Shown: positions 27,388 to 42,699 of the stretch, piece after piece
How the letters are laid out: the number at the start of each line of letters is the position of its first letter
Numbering within the stretch: the stretch's first letter is position 1
NCBI RefSeq assembly: GCF_009914755.1
Contig: NC_060925.1
Reading direction: 5' to 3' (one strand)
Source of the DNA: the human T2T-CHM13v2.0 reference genome, Homo sapiens
DNA: 64,000 nt
Made by a program: the position numbers and the translations under genes
Notes under the pieces: generated by a model
The model's input: only the letters and a program-made list of their open reading frames with translations
Databases searched by the model: none
What the model was told of the DNA's origin: nothing

Positions 27388-30300
27388 TCTTCAAAAAGGC
27401 AGACTAGAGATCTTTATCTATGTATATCTATATCTATCTATAAAATAAACATATGTGTTCCTTATATAAAAATATATATTATTAATATTATATAAAATTT
27501 TTTTTCGAGGTAGAAATATATAAAGAGGGTGCATGTAGAGCCTGGGGCATTGTGTAGTGAAGCTCAAGGCCTCTGAAGAAATGCTCCTTGCCTCTTTTGT
27601 CTGGGCTAGAATCCGAGAAGGGAAAGCAGCAGATGCACTGGTTCCCAGGTTCTTGGCATCCTACAGAGAGAAACTTGTTTGAGCTAGGGCAGTGTTTAAC
27701 ACCCTTGTTCTTACTCTTCTGTTTTATGTAGTAAGCAGAGACTAGCTTCATGAGAACAGACAGTGACAGTCAAGGCTGTCTGTTATTTTGTGCAGCGTTC
27801 ATTGAGAAATTCTAGCACCTGAAGACCTCTGGGCCATTTGAGGGTAGGTGCAGGGGAGGAAAGGGAAGTTTGCATCCCTCCTGCTGTGGAGAGAACCCGT
27901 GGGAAGCACAGACCTTGTCCTAACTGAAGGCAGACCCCCTTGCTAACCAGCTTCTCATCAGCCAACCCTGGATGAGTTTGCATGTCTATTTACTAAATAA
28001 TCCTCATTGCTCTTCTTCATATGGGCAAAGTATGGTTTACAGGGAATATTGTTCCTTTGAGCACCCATCGTGGAAACCCCTTCCTGTTGTGGGAAAACAA
28101 GCTTCCATATGTGTCTTATTGGGAAACACATAGGCAATTTCTATGTTTTTACTGCATCTATTTCAGGGATATGGGTACTGAATAGTGCCCATCAAAGTCT
28201 CACCTGATGTTGGAAATTGATCTGACAGCACGGAAGGACAGAATTCTTTCTTTGTTCCTGGGCAGCGGTGGTTGAGGGATCATTTTGTGGCAGCTACAGT
28301 GGCAATGATGGAGGCAGAACGGAGGGCTCAGTACCAAGACAAGGAGAGACTTGGCCTCACAATGGCAGCATTGCAGGGGTGCACTCTACAGAGCATTTGC
28401 TCACATGGTTTTGGGCATTGTCTCTAACTACATTGCTTCCCCAATAGGTTGACCCATTCTAACTAACTCCTTTTCTCTTTAAAAAAGCAAACTTCATTTG
28501 TATGACTTGCAATTGTAAACGACACCAATTGGCCAGTTATCATTCAAATTCTCTGTTACTTAATCCTGCCTTTTCCTGAGGTATGCAACTTTCGCCTAAA
28601 AAATTAGACACTTTGTTGCTTACTCATTGTCTTTACACATTTTAAAATGTTGCTATGTGCCCCCAATCCCTAACTACATTTTCAATGTTTTGCAAGTGGA
28701 GTCCATGTGTTCTTGATGTACATGAAGCTCAAAATAATGGTTATAGTAACTAGTACTTCATAATTAAGCAAAAAGCTCTTACTGAAAAATGACAGAACTA
28801 TACATAGGGATGAGAACATGGAGAGATATTTCGTGAGATCACAAAGTTATGGTATGGCAGAAGTAGAACGCTGAGTAGAAACTCTGTGTTCCCAATCAAT
28901 ATTTCTACCACCAGCTTTCTATTTTGATGTTAATAATGTTCTTATGTGGGAAACCCTACATATTTGCCAATGTTTAGTTCATTGACAAAGAAATAGAAAG
29001 AGCTTCAAGAACACTCTAATCTTTAAAGAATAAAATACCTATAATTGGCCATACGAAAAAATTGGTACTTGACATATACTGAGATCGTTTTATTTTGTGC
29101 TAGACAAATGAAGTCATAGAACAGAATGTGCTTTAAATATTATGAATAGTGCTTGCATGTGTGTGTGTCTATAGATGCATATTAGGCCGCTGAAAAGTTT
29201 TATTATTCTTTCCAGGAGAGAGACTGCCAACTTTTGAACCTAACTAGAACAAGTATATTGCTTCTTCATATTTTTATTAAGGCAAAGAGAGTCTAGTTAA
29301 AAATAATTCAAATTGTGGTGGAAATGCTATAAATTGCTGTGAAGTGAGTTTCTGGCTATGGCTTGTCAGAGCAAATATATTGTACAAAGCTTAGGGGAGA
29401 ATTAGTGCTTGTGCATTAAAATCAAATCATCTTGCAGCACACCGAGAAAAAGGTTAGATTTTTAAAATAATTTCAAAGTCATGAAAAGAGCAAATATGCT
29501 CCACAAAGAGCCTAGCAACCCTCAATGACCAATGCCCCTTTTATATAGTTTGGTATCTGAATTAGAATCCCAGAATCTACAAATTCCTCTGGGTGTGGGT
29601 GCTGCATTTTGAGGATTTTATAACACTGTCATCACCAAGCTCTCTTTTGATATTCACTTTAAGGAGATAATTTGCGGGCAACCAGAGAGCATAAACAAAG
29701 TAGATATCTATCTAGATAGCTAGATACATCTCCATATCATTGACAGGATACATTCTGGCCGAGTGTGAGTACAACCTATGGATGTGGTTGGAGAGAACAA
29801 GTGTTCCACCTGAATGGCAGATCAGGATTATTCCTTCTCATCTGCTGCAATGGCTCAATGTGTTAAGGAGAGGAGCGAGACAGCAAGAACCGCATTCATT
29901 CAGTCATACAGACCAAAAGGAGGAATGTCGCCCAGCCCTCTAAACTGACCCAGAACCCAGCTCATGTCTCAACTGCTACCTCTCCTACTTAGAAAGAAGT
30001 AACTCCACCACAGCAGTGTTCTGGACAAATATATTTTTATTGATCATATACAAATAGATGAAGATGGACTTGGATGTTAAGAAAAATAATACTATACAAA
30101 ATCGAGAGTAGACAGTCGCCCCTAGACTTAAATTAAGGGTGTGTACATTAGGTAATTTAATCCACTGTATCAGGTAAAAACTTGAACAAACCTTTTGGCC
30201 TCTTCCTTAAAATTCAAGGAAGCATGTCCTCCAAAAAACAGAATCAAAATATAAATAAAAGACTGGCTTAAGATGAAAGGAAACCTTACAAACGAAAAGA

Positions 30301-31254
30301 AGCCAGATGAGAGGCACTTAAGTGAGAATGAAAAGAAACTGAGTGGACAAAATAATTATGAGAAGATGAACCTTCAAATCAGAAAGAGGGCAAGAAGCTT
30401 ATTTGATACTATGGGAACTCTAAGGAGAGTGAACACAAATGTGAAAATTCCAGGAGTAAAAAAAAGTAGCATAGCTAAATTAAGAGCATGAGAAAAATTA
30501 TACAATTTTGAGTAATAAGAACAGAAATCAAAAGTAACTATTGTATGTTATATTTTAGTAGAGCAACACTGAAGAAGAATGAAAACAAGAAATAATATTG
30601 AATATGAACATATGGAGAACAGAATATTTTTAAAATTTTTAGTTTCTAAGCTTATCTGAAATTTTAATTTCGTTTTCTTTTGTAATACCAGAGTTATTAG
30701 GAAGGTATTATCTAATAACACTATTTTCAGTGATATTTTAAGTAGTTGTCCTAGAAAAATTTTATTTTTTAAAAATGTATATTTAAAAATACATTAAATG
30801 TGTATATACATCAATCATATGTATCGATTTCTGTTTTTCTTGAATTGCAAATGAAATTTGTATTTTTGTGTTCCTGGAATAAAATAAACTTGAATGGATT
30901 GTAATATGTTATTCATTCTGCAATTCAATGTATTTGAATACTTTAAAAATGTTACATTTATAGTTAACAGATACTGACCTATACATTTTGTGTCATATAA
31001 TGATGCTGTGAGACAATCTAAGAAGAATTAAAATTTAAATTCATGGATTCCTACTTTTTTCTCTGTTCTCTAACTGTAATATATTTTAATTACAGAGGGA
31101 GGAACAGATAGATGATAGATAAATTGATATATAATAGATAGATCATCCAAAATTCTTATTCTGATGGTTTTATGTAGTCAGTATTTACCTCTATTTTTCT
31201 ACATGTTTTTCCTTCCCATTTAGTTCATTACTTCCTGCACTTTTGATGTCATAT

Positions 31255-31998
31255 ATATAAACAGGAAATAACACATGGTGGCCGGGATGTAGAGAGAGCC
31301 ACAGGACTTGTGAATAAAATCCACAGGCAAGGATGTGGCGATTCCTTTTGCAATATTGGAGGGAATGCCAAACCCTATGTTTGCTGTGGAAAAGAGTATG
31401 GTAGTTCCTCCAAACATCCAAGTGGTATTGCCTTATGATTCGGCAGCCCCACATCTCAAGATAGCAAAAGAATTGAAAGCAGAGTCTTGAAAAAATATTT
31501 GCACATCCATGTTTGCAGCAGCATTATTGGTAATAGCTAAAACGTAGAAGCAATTGAAGTGTCCAACCACAGATGAATGGATAAGCAAAACATGATATAT
31601 ACATAGAATGGAAAATTATTCAGCCTTAAACATGAGGGAAATATTCTGACATACGTTGCAACTTGGATGAAACTTGAGGATATTATGCCAAGTGAAATAA
31701 GCTAGTCAGTGAAGGACAAATACAGTATAATTCCATTTGTGTAAGAGACTTAAAGTGGACAGAATCATAGAGATAGTACAATGATGATTGCCAGAAGCTG
31801 GGGGGAGGAAGACATGGGGAAGTACTGTTTAATGGGTATAGAGTTTCAGTTTCACAAGATGAAACGAGTTATGGAGATGGATGGTAGGGATGGCTGAACA
31901 ATGTTATGACTCTGTTTAGTACCACTGAACTGTACACTTAAATTGGTTAACAGAGTACATTTTATGTTATGTGTATTTTACCACAATAAAAAAATAAA
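31255..31998 (+). mobile_element. L1MA/L1MB-type 3' end
   Basis: 'gcacatccatgtttgcagcagcattatt...gtgtccaaccacagatgaatggataagc...ccactgaactgtacacttaaa...ttttaccacaataaaaaa'. Confidence 0.85.
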
Positions 31999-33689
31999 AT
32001 ACCTTAGGAACATTTTCCTGAAAGAGTCCACATAAAATTCATTTTAATGCATGTGTTTATGCATAGCTTTCTATTTTTCTCTTTTCTATTTATATTCCAA
32101 ATTAGAATATAATGCTAATCAAGCATAGTGGATGTGTTTCTTGCTTCCTCTAGTCTGCAGGTAGCATACAAATGTAATAAACTACTCATTAATGTCACAT
32201 CTATTTATTTTCTGCCTTATACCAAGCTTGTGGGATTCTCTTAAATACAATATTTTTATACTTACACCTATGCAATACCCATTAGCATCGCCTTCCTAAA
32301 TCAGGGGAAATTGAGTCTCTGTAAGGTGCAGTAACTTACTAAGATACAAAACTCAGCATTAAAGTCTGTATACTTCAATATCCTGCCCTCTTCTCATGTG
32401 TCTTTACTGCTTTTTATGTATGTGTTAGATGTTCAATAAATTCTCTTTTTTAAACTGAATTTAAGCAGTGGAGCAGTGTTTTGTTGAACAATAAATATGA
32501 TATTGGATACTCTTCCTCCCTTTCATTTATGATGCAGTTGATGAAAAAGAGAAATTCTTTCGTTGCGCTAGAAGCTTAAAATAATGAAAATGCGACTTTC
32601 TACATTAAACAGAAACTGAAGGGAATCAAGGTGAATTGCATGAGACATAGAAAACAAGTGGGAAAGAAATCTAGTAAAAATTTCCCCTTTGTGTACCTTT
32701 GTTATTTAGCATTTGAGAAAATGTTTACCCCAAATATCTTCCCATCTGAATTCATGACAATGAAGTAGACATTTATGTCTCACCTTGTCAAGAAGGGCCA
32801 AATCTAACATAAACATTTCCCAAAAATGCTTCCTGCTAAAACGTAAGCTCAGTCTGGCTAGAAATTAAGCTCACTTCATGAAAATTAGTTGGTAGCTAAT
32901 CTTTGCATGCTGTTCTCTGAACTTGAGTGAAAGCTGTCCATCAGGCATACAGGGAATGACGGAAAAGGTGACAACAGAAGATGAATGCTATATCACTAAC
33001 CTTCAAAGATGACCTGCCTTTTCTTTCAAATTCTTGATATCTTAAGACTTCATTAATTCATCTCTCTTTGCCCTTGGTTCAACATTGTGCTATACCAAAA
33101 CTCATGTAAAACAATGATCTATTGTAATAAAAATGGCATTTTTCTTTCATGTAGATGCAAGCTATCTGGCATTTTTACAATCAACATACTTCCCTTGTCA
33201 ATTTTTCATTCTGTATTGGAACTAATTGATAGGTATTTCTGAAGGGATGAAGGTGATTCTGTGTTCATTGTGATCCAAACTTTTTTTAGACCTAGTGGTG
33301 TTGTAAAACAATTTGTGTCAGCTGACCAAGTGTCACTGTGGCAGAAAGCAGCAAACTTGCATAAGATGTCGCTGCCTCATCAGTTGGCTTTGAAAACTAG
33401 GGGCTTAGTCTATAGTCCTATGAATCAAAGACATTGATAGATGTAGTATAAGATTACAATCATATTTTCCTTTTGACAGTCACATTATAAAGCATGATGT
33501 ATTGCAATTAATCTCAATTAGCTGATGACAATTAAAATTAATAGTTTATTATTGCTGATAAACAATCATGACTCTCCTGTTCTCAAACGTGAAAGGAATT
33601 CTGGTAATTTTAATACAAATTTGCATATTATTACTAATTGATTTAATCTCATTGGATTTGGTTCATGGATACAATTCATTAAAATATTG

Positions 33690-34040
33690 ATAATGGGATA
33701 ATGATTTGTCTCCCCATTTCATTTACACTAAAAGACACAATTCTTACAATGGTCTGCAAGCCCATCATGATCTGCCGCATGTTAACTGCCAAAATTCTTT
33801 TCTGTCTTCACCCTTGAACTTACCAGTGGTCCTGGCCACCTCACTGTCCTCTGGACATGCCAACATGCTGCTGCCTTATCACCAAGACTCTAGTTAATTT
33901 CTTATCTTGGAAAGATAGCCCTCCATATATCCATTGATGAGCTCATTCAACTTCCTCAAGTCTTTACTGAAACCTCACATTCTCGATGAGACATATTCAG
34001 TATTTCAAACTGCCTCCCAGCTGCAACAGTCCAAAACCCC
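33690..34040 (+). mobile_element. L2 fragment
   Basis: 'ttcttacaatggtctgcaagcccatcatgatctgcc...ctcattcaacttcctcaagtctttactgaaacctcacattctcgatgag'. Confidence 0.5.
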
Positions 34041-34059
34041 TTAGTCTTCTTTGTATTTT

Positions 34060-36600
34060 TGAAAGGATTTATTGAGATATAATTTACATAATGTAGAGTG
34101 CACATATGAATGTCTACAAGTCAAGACTTTTAGTATATACACAGATAAGTGAAGCCATCATCACAATGAATTTTAGAGCATTTTCATCACTTCAAAAAGA
34201 AACCCCACCTTCTCTACCTGTTAGCCTCCTATGCACTCATCCCCTACTCAATCCTAAGCAACAACAAATCTGTTTTTTGTCTCTGTAGATCTTCCTATTC
34301 TATTTTCATCTAAATAGAATCATACAATAGGTGCCTTTTGTGCCTGGCTTCTTTCAGTTGGCATAATGCTATCAAGGTTCATATGCGTATTGGTACTTTA
34401 TTTCTTTTTAAAACTGTATAACATTCAATTTCATGGAAATAACATTTTGTTTATCCAATAATATTTTGTTGACATTTGAGTTGTGTTCAGCCTTTGGCTA
34501 TTTTAAATACTGCTGTTAAAGTACTTGTGTGCAATTTGTGTTTGAACACCTCTTTCTAATACTCTGGGGGTATAGCTGGGAATAAATTTCTGGGTCATAT
34601 GACAATTCTGTTTCATATATTTAGAAGCCATCAACCTATTTTCCAAAGTGACCAGTTCTAGCCATAGACTATCTAACTGTGGTTTTGATTTGTAGTTGCC
34701 TGATGAGTGATGCTGTTGAGTATCTTTTTATGGAATTATTGACCGTTCGTGTATCTTCTTTGGATATACAAGTATTCCTATCATTTATCAGTTTTGAGTT
34801 GGGATTTTTGTTATTGAGTTAAAACAATTTTTCTATATTCAAGATACATATATAAGCAGACATATATATATGTATTTCTCAAATATTTTCTCAGAATTTT
34901 TGAGCTGCCTTTTGGCTTGCTTGGTTGTCCTCTGAAACACCAATGTCTTTAATTTTTAAGAAATTTTAAATATCTAATTTTTATTTTGTTGCTCATGTTT
35001 TTGGTGTTACAGCTATTTCTTTGCTAGATCCAAAATCCTGAAGATTTTCGCATATGCTTTATTCCAGCTCTTGCATGTATGTCTTTAATTCATTTGAGTT
35101 AATATTTTTGTATGCTTTGGGGTAAGGGTTCCAATTTACTATTTTGCAGGTGGCGATCCACGTGTACGTTGTTGACCCAGTGTGTTCAAAGACTGTCTCT
35201 TCCTCATTGAATTGCACATGGCACCACTTTAAGAATCCATTGACTATAGATACATAGTTTTATATATGGACTCTCAATTCTCTTCCATCAATCTATATAA
35301 TTTTCCTTCATCAGTATTGTGTTGTCTTGATTACTGATGCTTTGCCGTAAGGTTTGGAGCACGGGGGTGTGAATTATCCTAATATGTTTTCTTTTATCAA
35401 GACTATTTTGGCTATTTTGAGTCCCTTACCATCCCATGTGTATTTTAGAATCAGCTTGTCAGTTTCTAGGCAGAAGTCTGTTGGAATACTTGCAGGGATT
35501 ACGTCAAATCTGTAGTTCAGCTTGTAAAGTACTACAATATTAAATCTTCCAATTCATGGGTGGAAGATGATTGCTAATTATTTAGACATTCTTTAAACAA
35601 TAATTTTTAATTTTCAGAGTAAAATTTTGTATCACATTTTCCAAATTAATTATTATTTCTTTTTTTGATGCTATTTTAAATTGAAGTGTTTTCTTAATTT
35701 CATGTTGGGGTTTTCATTGTAGATATGTGTAATTGATTTTTGTACATTTACCTTGTATGCTGTAATATTGCTGAAATAACTTACTAGTTCTATCGTTCAA
35801 TGGATTCCTTAAAATTTTCTATATACAAGAATGTTATTTTCCAATAATGTTTTATTTCTTCCTGCTCAATATGGGTGACTCTTTTTTTTTAGTTGCCGAT
35901 TTGCCCAGCATAAAATCTTTAGTACAGTGTTGACTAGAAGAGGTCAAAGTATATATCCTATTCTTATCTCTGACCATAGCGGGAAAACATCCTTTACCAT
36001 TAAGTTGCATGCTCGCTGTTGGCTTTTCACAGGTGCCATGTATCTGGTGTAGAAAGTTCTCTATTCCTAGTTCATTGAGTTTTTATTTTTATTTTTAATC
36101 ATTAAAGCATTTGGATTTTGTTAAATGTCTTTTCCGAATCTATCGACATGATCATGCAATTCTTGTTTCTTATTCTATGGATAAGATGTATTACCGTAAA
36201 GGATTTTGGGCTGTTAAACCAACCTGAGATTACTAGTATAAATTTCACTTTGTCATAATGTGTAATTCTTTTATATGTTGCTAGATCTGATTTGTTTGTA
36301 TTTTTTAAGGAATTTTGCATTTATACTAATAGTAGTTTTATTTTTCTATGCTATTCGGACTAATTTTTGTATCAAGGTAACACTGGCCCCACAGAATAAA
36401 TTGGGAAGTGAATATTTCTCTTTTTAAAAAAAGTCAGTCAAGAATTAATATCAACTAGTAAACACTAACAAATATGATTAATATTATAAATTATTAATTT
36501 CTCTATTTTTTATTTTCTTCCTTCTGCTTGCTTTAGGTTTAGTTTGCTATTCTTTCCAGTGCCTTAATGTGGAAGGTCATCTTATCTCCTCCTTTCCTTT
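34060..36600 (-). mobile_element. Old L1 (L1MB/L1MC-type) 3' UTR and ORF2 remnant
   Basis: 'tttattgagatataatttacata...aatagaatcatacaataggtgccttttgtgcctggcttctttcagtt'; ORF 36102-36320 retains decayed RT-like 'KRITHYDKVKFI...GWFN...MIMSIDSEKTFNKIQ'. Confidence 0.85.
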
Positions 36601-36634
36601 GTCTTTTCATTTTCTAAATAGTGTCTTTTTAGCA

Positions 36635-36995
36635 TCAGGTGAGCTCCCCAGTTTGGTAGTACTCCATGTTTATTGCTGTACAAAAATGACAGGTAATATG
36701 TCCTGAAGACAATGGAAACTTAACATTCAAAATCCTCCTAGATTCCACCTTACGTGATATGTCTCTTCCTTTGATTGGTCCTAATTTCTACCCTTTCTCT
36801 ATTATAAACCATGAGTACAATGGCATTCAATGAGTTCTGTGAGTCTTTTTAGTAAATTCTTGAAACTGAGGGTGTTCTGGGGAAACCCCTGAACTGGTAG
36901 TTCGTGACAAAAGTGCGAATCATCTTATATGGCCTCTTCCTTTGAACTTCGCAGCTGGACACAAACTCTGCACAATTTGGGCCAGAAGTCTCGTG
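36635..36995. mobile_element. MER21-like LTR fragment
   Basis: 'cctgaagacaatggaaact...ataaaccatgagtacaa...tgagttctgtgagtctttttagtaaattcttgaaactgagggtgttctggggaaacccctgaact'. Confidence 0.6.
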
Positions 36996-37538
36996 TTGAC
37001 TTGCAGCCTAAATTATCTTCTAATTTGTCTAACCCTCAATAAATTTGCTTTCATCCAATATTGTATTTGTTACCCCAAAATTACTATCATGTTTCTTTTC
37101 TCCAAATAACTAACATTGGGAGAAATAGCCAGCTGAATCTGTAACTCAACAGAAACAAGTGATCCATATACCATATAAGTGGCCATTTCATTTTGCCTTC
37201 TTCCACCAAATCTTAGCAACCTCAACCATTGCCATGAGCCACTGTAGGCCTACCGTCTACAAACAAACAAGTATCTTTTAAAAACATTTCATACTCCCAT
37301 TTGATACATTTCCCAGCAAAGAGATGCTTACTTTAACTCTATGCAAGTGGCTCATATTCGCAAAGTCTGGAGATATTATTCATGTAGTGTGAGAAAATCA
37401 TCCCAGCGATGCCAGCACATTCTCCTTCCCATGATCTGCTAAGTTTGAAAACATATTCAAGCTGTAGGTGAGAGATTTGTATTTCACAGTACAACAATTT
37501 TATGGAGGTCATTGAAACTTAGATTTAGCATTTTATCA

Positions 37539-37878
37539 CAGTCACGCGTCACTGAATGACAGGGATACGTTCTAACAGATGCATCCATAGGCAATTTCAT
37601 CATTTTGCAAACGTCAGAGAGAATATTACAAACACTTAGTTTGTACAGCCTACCACGTTTAGGTTATATGGCATAACCTCTCTCTCCTAGGCTACAAACT
37701 TGTGTACTACATTACTATACTGAATACTGCAGGCAATAAGAACACAGTGGTAAGAGTTTATGTATGTAAACATACTTAAACATAGAAAAGTATGTAAAAT
37801 ATGTATTATAATCTCATGGGACAAATTTTGTATATGTAATCCATCTCTGAAATATTATTATGCATGACATGACTCTAT
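37539..37878. mobile_element. Tigger3-type (TcMar-Tigger) MITE
   Basis: 'cagtcacgcgtcactgaatgacagggatacgttct...ggcaatttcatcattttgcaaac...ctaggctacaaac...attatgcatgacatgactcta' with degenerate TIRs. Confidence 0.75.
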
Positions 37879-40800
37879 GACAAAAATAATACATTTAAAA
37901 AAATGTACACATGTATCAAACATATTATTATAAAAATAAAAATATTTATTCAGTGTAAGAATTTGTAATGATCACAGCTTATATTTAAGTACAGTTTCAA
38001 ATGCTCTGTGTGTATTTTAAACATGTATATAATAAATATTTTTCTGGTTCAAAAATATATATCAATCCTACAGGCTCTTATAAATATTAGTTAAAATCAA
38101 TTGGTAAATTCATGTATATATATGCATACCTGTATCAGTGAGCGTGTGTGCATGTATGTTTGTGTAAATGTAATTGTATGTGTGTGTAAATGTAATTGGA
38201 TGCATCCTTATATTTACCCTTACCTACAAGATTTCCAAGATTCATTTATGATCTTTAGATGACGGGCATTTAAAGATTTACCAAATACAACTGTAATAGT
38301 GGAAAATATCAAGATGTTATTAAGTTCATCTTGTGCACATAAATGTTTCTATAAATTTATGTTTCTTGAAAAACTGGCAGTAATGCTCATGCACAAAATA
38401 ATTTTCTAAATAAAAAATAAAAACGTTTCCTCAGTCATTAATTCTTAAAATTATTTCTCCCCAATAATTAATGTGAATTAATTCTTAATTCTTAACTATA
38501 GAATAATGTTGCCCTTTAGAGTTCGGAAATTTTTACGTGTTGTACACATTTCACTAACCAGAACAACTTCTGAAATATTGGCATTAATTAATGTCACTCA
38601 GCAATTATTGATTTCAAAGGCATTAAGTACTATTCATATTCTGAATCAGAAGGATACTTTGGCATCTTTTTTAATCAAGCTCTTTGTATCATCATCTACA
38701 CTTTAATTACTTAACAAACATTTCTCTGTGTGAGAAAGTTTGAGCAGGTCATTGTGCTTTTTTAAGATGCAACTTTTGCTTAATCTAGAGATAGGCAATG
38801 CTCCCTATAAAGGACAAGGGGAAAAATAAATGAGCAATAGAGATGTGACAGGCAGGGAAAAAGACACTACATTTATCAAACAAATAGGGCCACAGATGAC
38901 GATAATGGGGATCAAATCTTGAGATACTAACTCAGTTTATAACCGCACTGTATAATAGAGCAAATCATTCTTTAATTTTTTTACAAATGTAATTTAATTT
39001 AATTAAGACGAATACAGTGTTTTAAACAAGGCAGGTCATCTTAAAATAAAATAGTGGAATAAAGTGATAAAACCAATGTAAAAATCGTAAACATTTTATA
39101 AGGAATTTTTGTCATGTAATTTAATAATTTTGTTAATTTAAAATCACCCAAATCAAAATAATTTTATCTTAATTAACAAATAATCATCAGAAGTTTAACT
39201 AATTTTTACATTATAATACTAGGTTTAAAAATTCTTCACTATATTTTTAATCACATATGCTTATATATAAAATAGACATAGGATATATATTTACATGTTC
39301 ACAATATTATATTGTAATTGCTCCTATGGATGTGGTTTTTCAATAGAATTAATAAGTACTTTTAAAAAGTACTTTTTAAATTTCAATGATGTATATGATA
39401 GATTTTTCTTAGACAAAGCATACATATATTGATACGTAATAATATGAAAATCTTCTAAAGGCATTACAGGAACACGAAAATGTAATTAAATACTCACTAA
39501 CTTCTAATGTTTTATGTAAGCGGAACACATTTAACAGAAAATTATTTTCATATAATACACAAACGAGAATAAAACTTTTTAACCAGCCGAGTAAGTCTTC
39601 AAATTGATAATCTGAACTATATAAGAGGAGAAACTTCAGGCACTCCAATATTTGAAATGCCACAAAATATTTATATAAACTCTTATTTTACAATATCTGT
39701 TTGTAGAGTACTATACAGTAATCAATATAAATGACATCTCAATTCTTTCTATAGCTTTGACCACATTTACATCTTAATTTTAGTTATTAATATGTTGGAG
39801 CAGAGCATACGACTAGATTCAGATCTTCCTTTTTAATCAGTAAAAATATGTCCTTTGAGAGAGCATTAAAGAAAGAGCACCTTGTATAAATTCAATGCCA
39901 AGAGACAAGATATTTTTGATTCTCAAGTCCTGTTCTTTTATACAGCAATGTAATTAATAAGAAGAAAAGCAGGACATAGATGTGGAGCCTATTTTAATAA
40001 AAAGTTGTCTATAGATTTTGAAGATAAAATTCAAAAATCTACTATATTTAGTTAGTCACAAAAAACTAGGTTGTGGGAACATATTTGGTCAATAAAACAC
40101 CCCTTCCAAGTGCTGACAAGAAAAAAAGTTAGGTACCACCTTTCTTCTCTGCAGATGGCCTGAGATGGGTTAATTTGAAAGAATGCTTCCAAACCTGAGG
40201 TGACCCCTGAGAACAGCATAATCCACTGCTGTCTCCCACATTCAGTTTCTCAGTTTGTGCTCTTTTCATTTTGCGGGGAGGGAAGCCAGTTCTTTAAACC
40301 AATCTTCAGCATGGTGGCAGAGCCAAGGATTGTGGACAGGTGGCACGGTGTCTGACTTTGTTCCAGCAGCCACTTGGGCTTTCTCTGGATCTTCTCTGCC
40401 CTAAGGATAGCACCACTATTGAAAACATATCTTTGTGACTTTCTCTATGCCAGGAACTCCCAACACATTTTCCTTGAAACTGATGAAATGAATAAAAATA
40501 AACCAAGAGGTGTGCTGTTTGTTTTGTTTTCCTCCTTTCTGCAGCCCTTCTTGATCATCTAATATGTTTAAATACATGGTCGGTCACCAAAAGGAGCATA
40601 AGGGGTATATTGATTTGTAGCAGATGTATTAATAGCCCAGCCCCTATTCCTTACCTGTAGCTGCTGGGAAGAAAACCATTCTTAACACTCTACAGGGTCT
40701 CATCTCCAGAATTTGCAGCTGTTTCTAGCTGAGGACTTTCTCTAGCAGCACGGGAGTTTGATACTGGGCATGAAGTGGGAAGAATAGGTGAGGGTAACTA

Positions 40801-42699
40801 AGAAGAATCTCCCTGGATTCAGTGATGTAATTCTGAGGCATGCTCCACATAGCTTCCTATAGAATTAAGCCCAGATATCTAACACAGGAACTTGCCTCTT
40901 AACACGTGTGGTACTGGTTTTTCTATCTTTCCTGTTTTATTTTGTTCTCTCTTCCTTGTCTCACTTTCACTGTGCCCTCACTCCTGCTTTAAGAATACCC
41001 AAACAAATACATTCATTTATTTTTTTAGAGTCTCAGAACACAGTTGATAGTTGAACTTGTAATCTATGATAATCAGCTTGGATTCCATACTGACAGGAAG
41101 ATAGTGAACTCACAATGTCTAATTAAGTTAAACTTAAAAAGTATATTGATTCGTGTCCAAAGATTTAGAAAACCTAAATGGCAGTGTCACAATTTCTTCT
41201 TTTAAGTTGACATGGTTTCTTAAATGTCTACAATTGTTTTAAAGGAAGCCTTGAATCTAGGAAAAATTGAGACATATGGAATAAATTACTAACCCATTTC
41301 TCCTTGAAATCCATTAGATGCTTGATGATTTTTCACATATATTTGTGAATTGAAAAGCTAGTTGCGAATTATTTTTATAAGCATATCCTTATGTAATATT
41401 TTGTTTTTAACAGTGAATTGAAGGTTTAAAGATTAAATTATTCTATCCAGAGAATAAAAAGCAATTATTTCACAAGGAGAACGTGTGTACGTTGACACGA
41501 CATTATAAGTCTAGATTTTAAAATAGGTCCCATATAATTTTGTGTCAATTAGAATATGTTTGTATCAGTCTGTCTACAGTTTTACACCTGTCTAAATGTA
41601 CTTGAACTACAACGACTACCTTGTACAATTTTGAAATTTATGATTCCTCTGAAACTGATTAAAGAATTATGGTAGAGTGAAATTCTGATTGACATAATTT
41701 GGGAGAGAAATTATTCCTTGGACATCAACCTCTGCCAAGATAGTTTATAATGACATTGAGGCTTTTTGATTTACACAATTTGTTATATAAAAAATACTAA
41801 GACGATGACAGATAATACACAGACTTTAATTAAAATTGTACTACAATTAAAAGTCTAAATAAATTAGTAGTGTACATGGTACATCTAAATGTATGTTTAT
41901 ATATTTTATTTGTGCATTTTTTTCCTAGGGTTGCTTTTGCTTTAGTTTGTAAAACGTTCTTATTTTTATGATAATGCAGCATATACTAAATAAAGAAAAA
42001 TCAGGAAATAGAAAATGAAGAAGAAAACATTAGCTATTGTCAACCAAATAAAAATTGTGCAATCTCTAAGCACATGAACTATGTAATATTTGTACAGCAT
42101 AGTACAATGTTTATGCTTCACAGGGTGAGGTAGAGACTGCAAAACCTTGAACTTGGGACAAATAAGAAAGTAAGGAAATTTTCACAACTTATTAATATTA
42201 TAGAAAATGCTGAACTTAGCAGTTAAGATACAAGTAGTGAAAAATGATTGTATTTAAGGAGATCTAGAAAATTTAATCTATACCTGTAATGTGTGAGAAG
42301 TATTAGAATAATGCTTGTATTTCTGGATTGGCATCGATTTCTATTGTGACTGGAAACATAATACAAGTGAGCAAAAAAGAATTTAAATGGTGGATACTTG
42401 AGTTTTATACCTAGGAGTTCAAGAAATACATTTTGTTCCTATCAAAGCAGTTGGCACAAGAGTGTACAAAATTCCCTAATTGTGTCTATGTGGTGAAGAC
42501 ATAGACAAACAGAGAATAGCAAAACAGAAATAGCAAAAAAGCACAAATAAATTTTACCTGTATTTTTAAGTAAAAGACAATTAGAGAAGGAAAACATGAA
42601 ATTTGTGTTTTATCAATTATTTTCTCTTTCTCATAATATAGTTGAATATATTACTGGAAAAAATTTGAAGCACTGGTATGTTCTCAAATAAAAGTAAAA

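Noticed and set aside
29740-30491. Short ORFs of 67 and 72 aa
   Set aside because: No recognisable homology, and the lengths are within random expectation.
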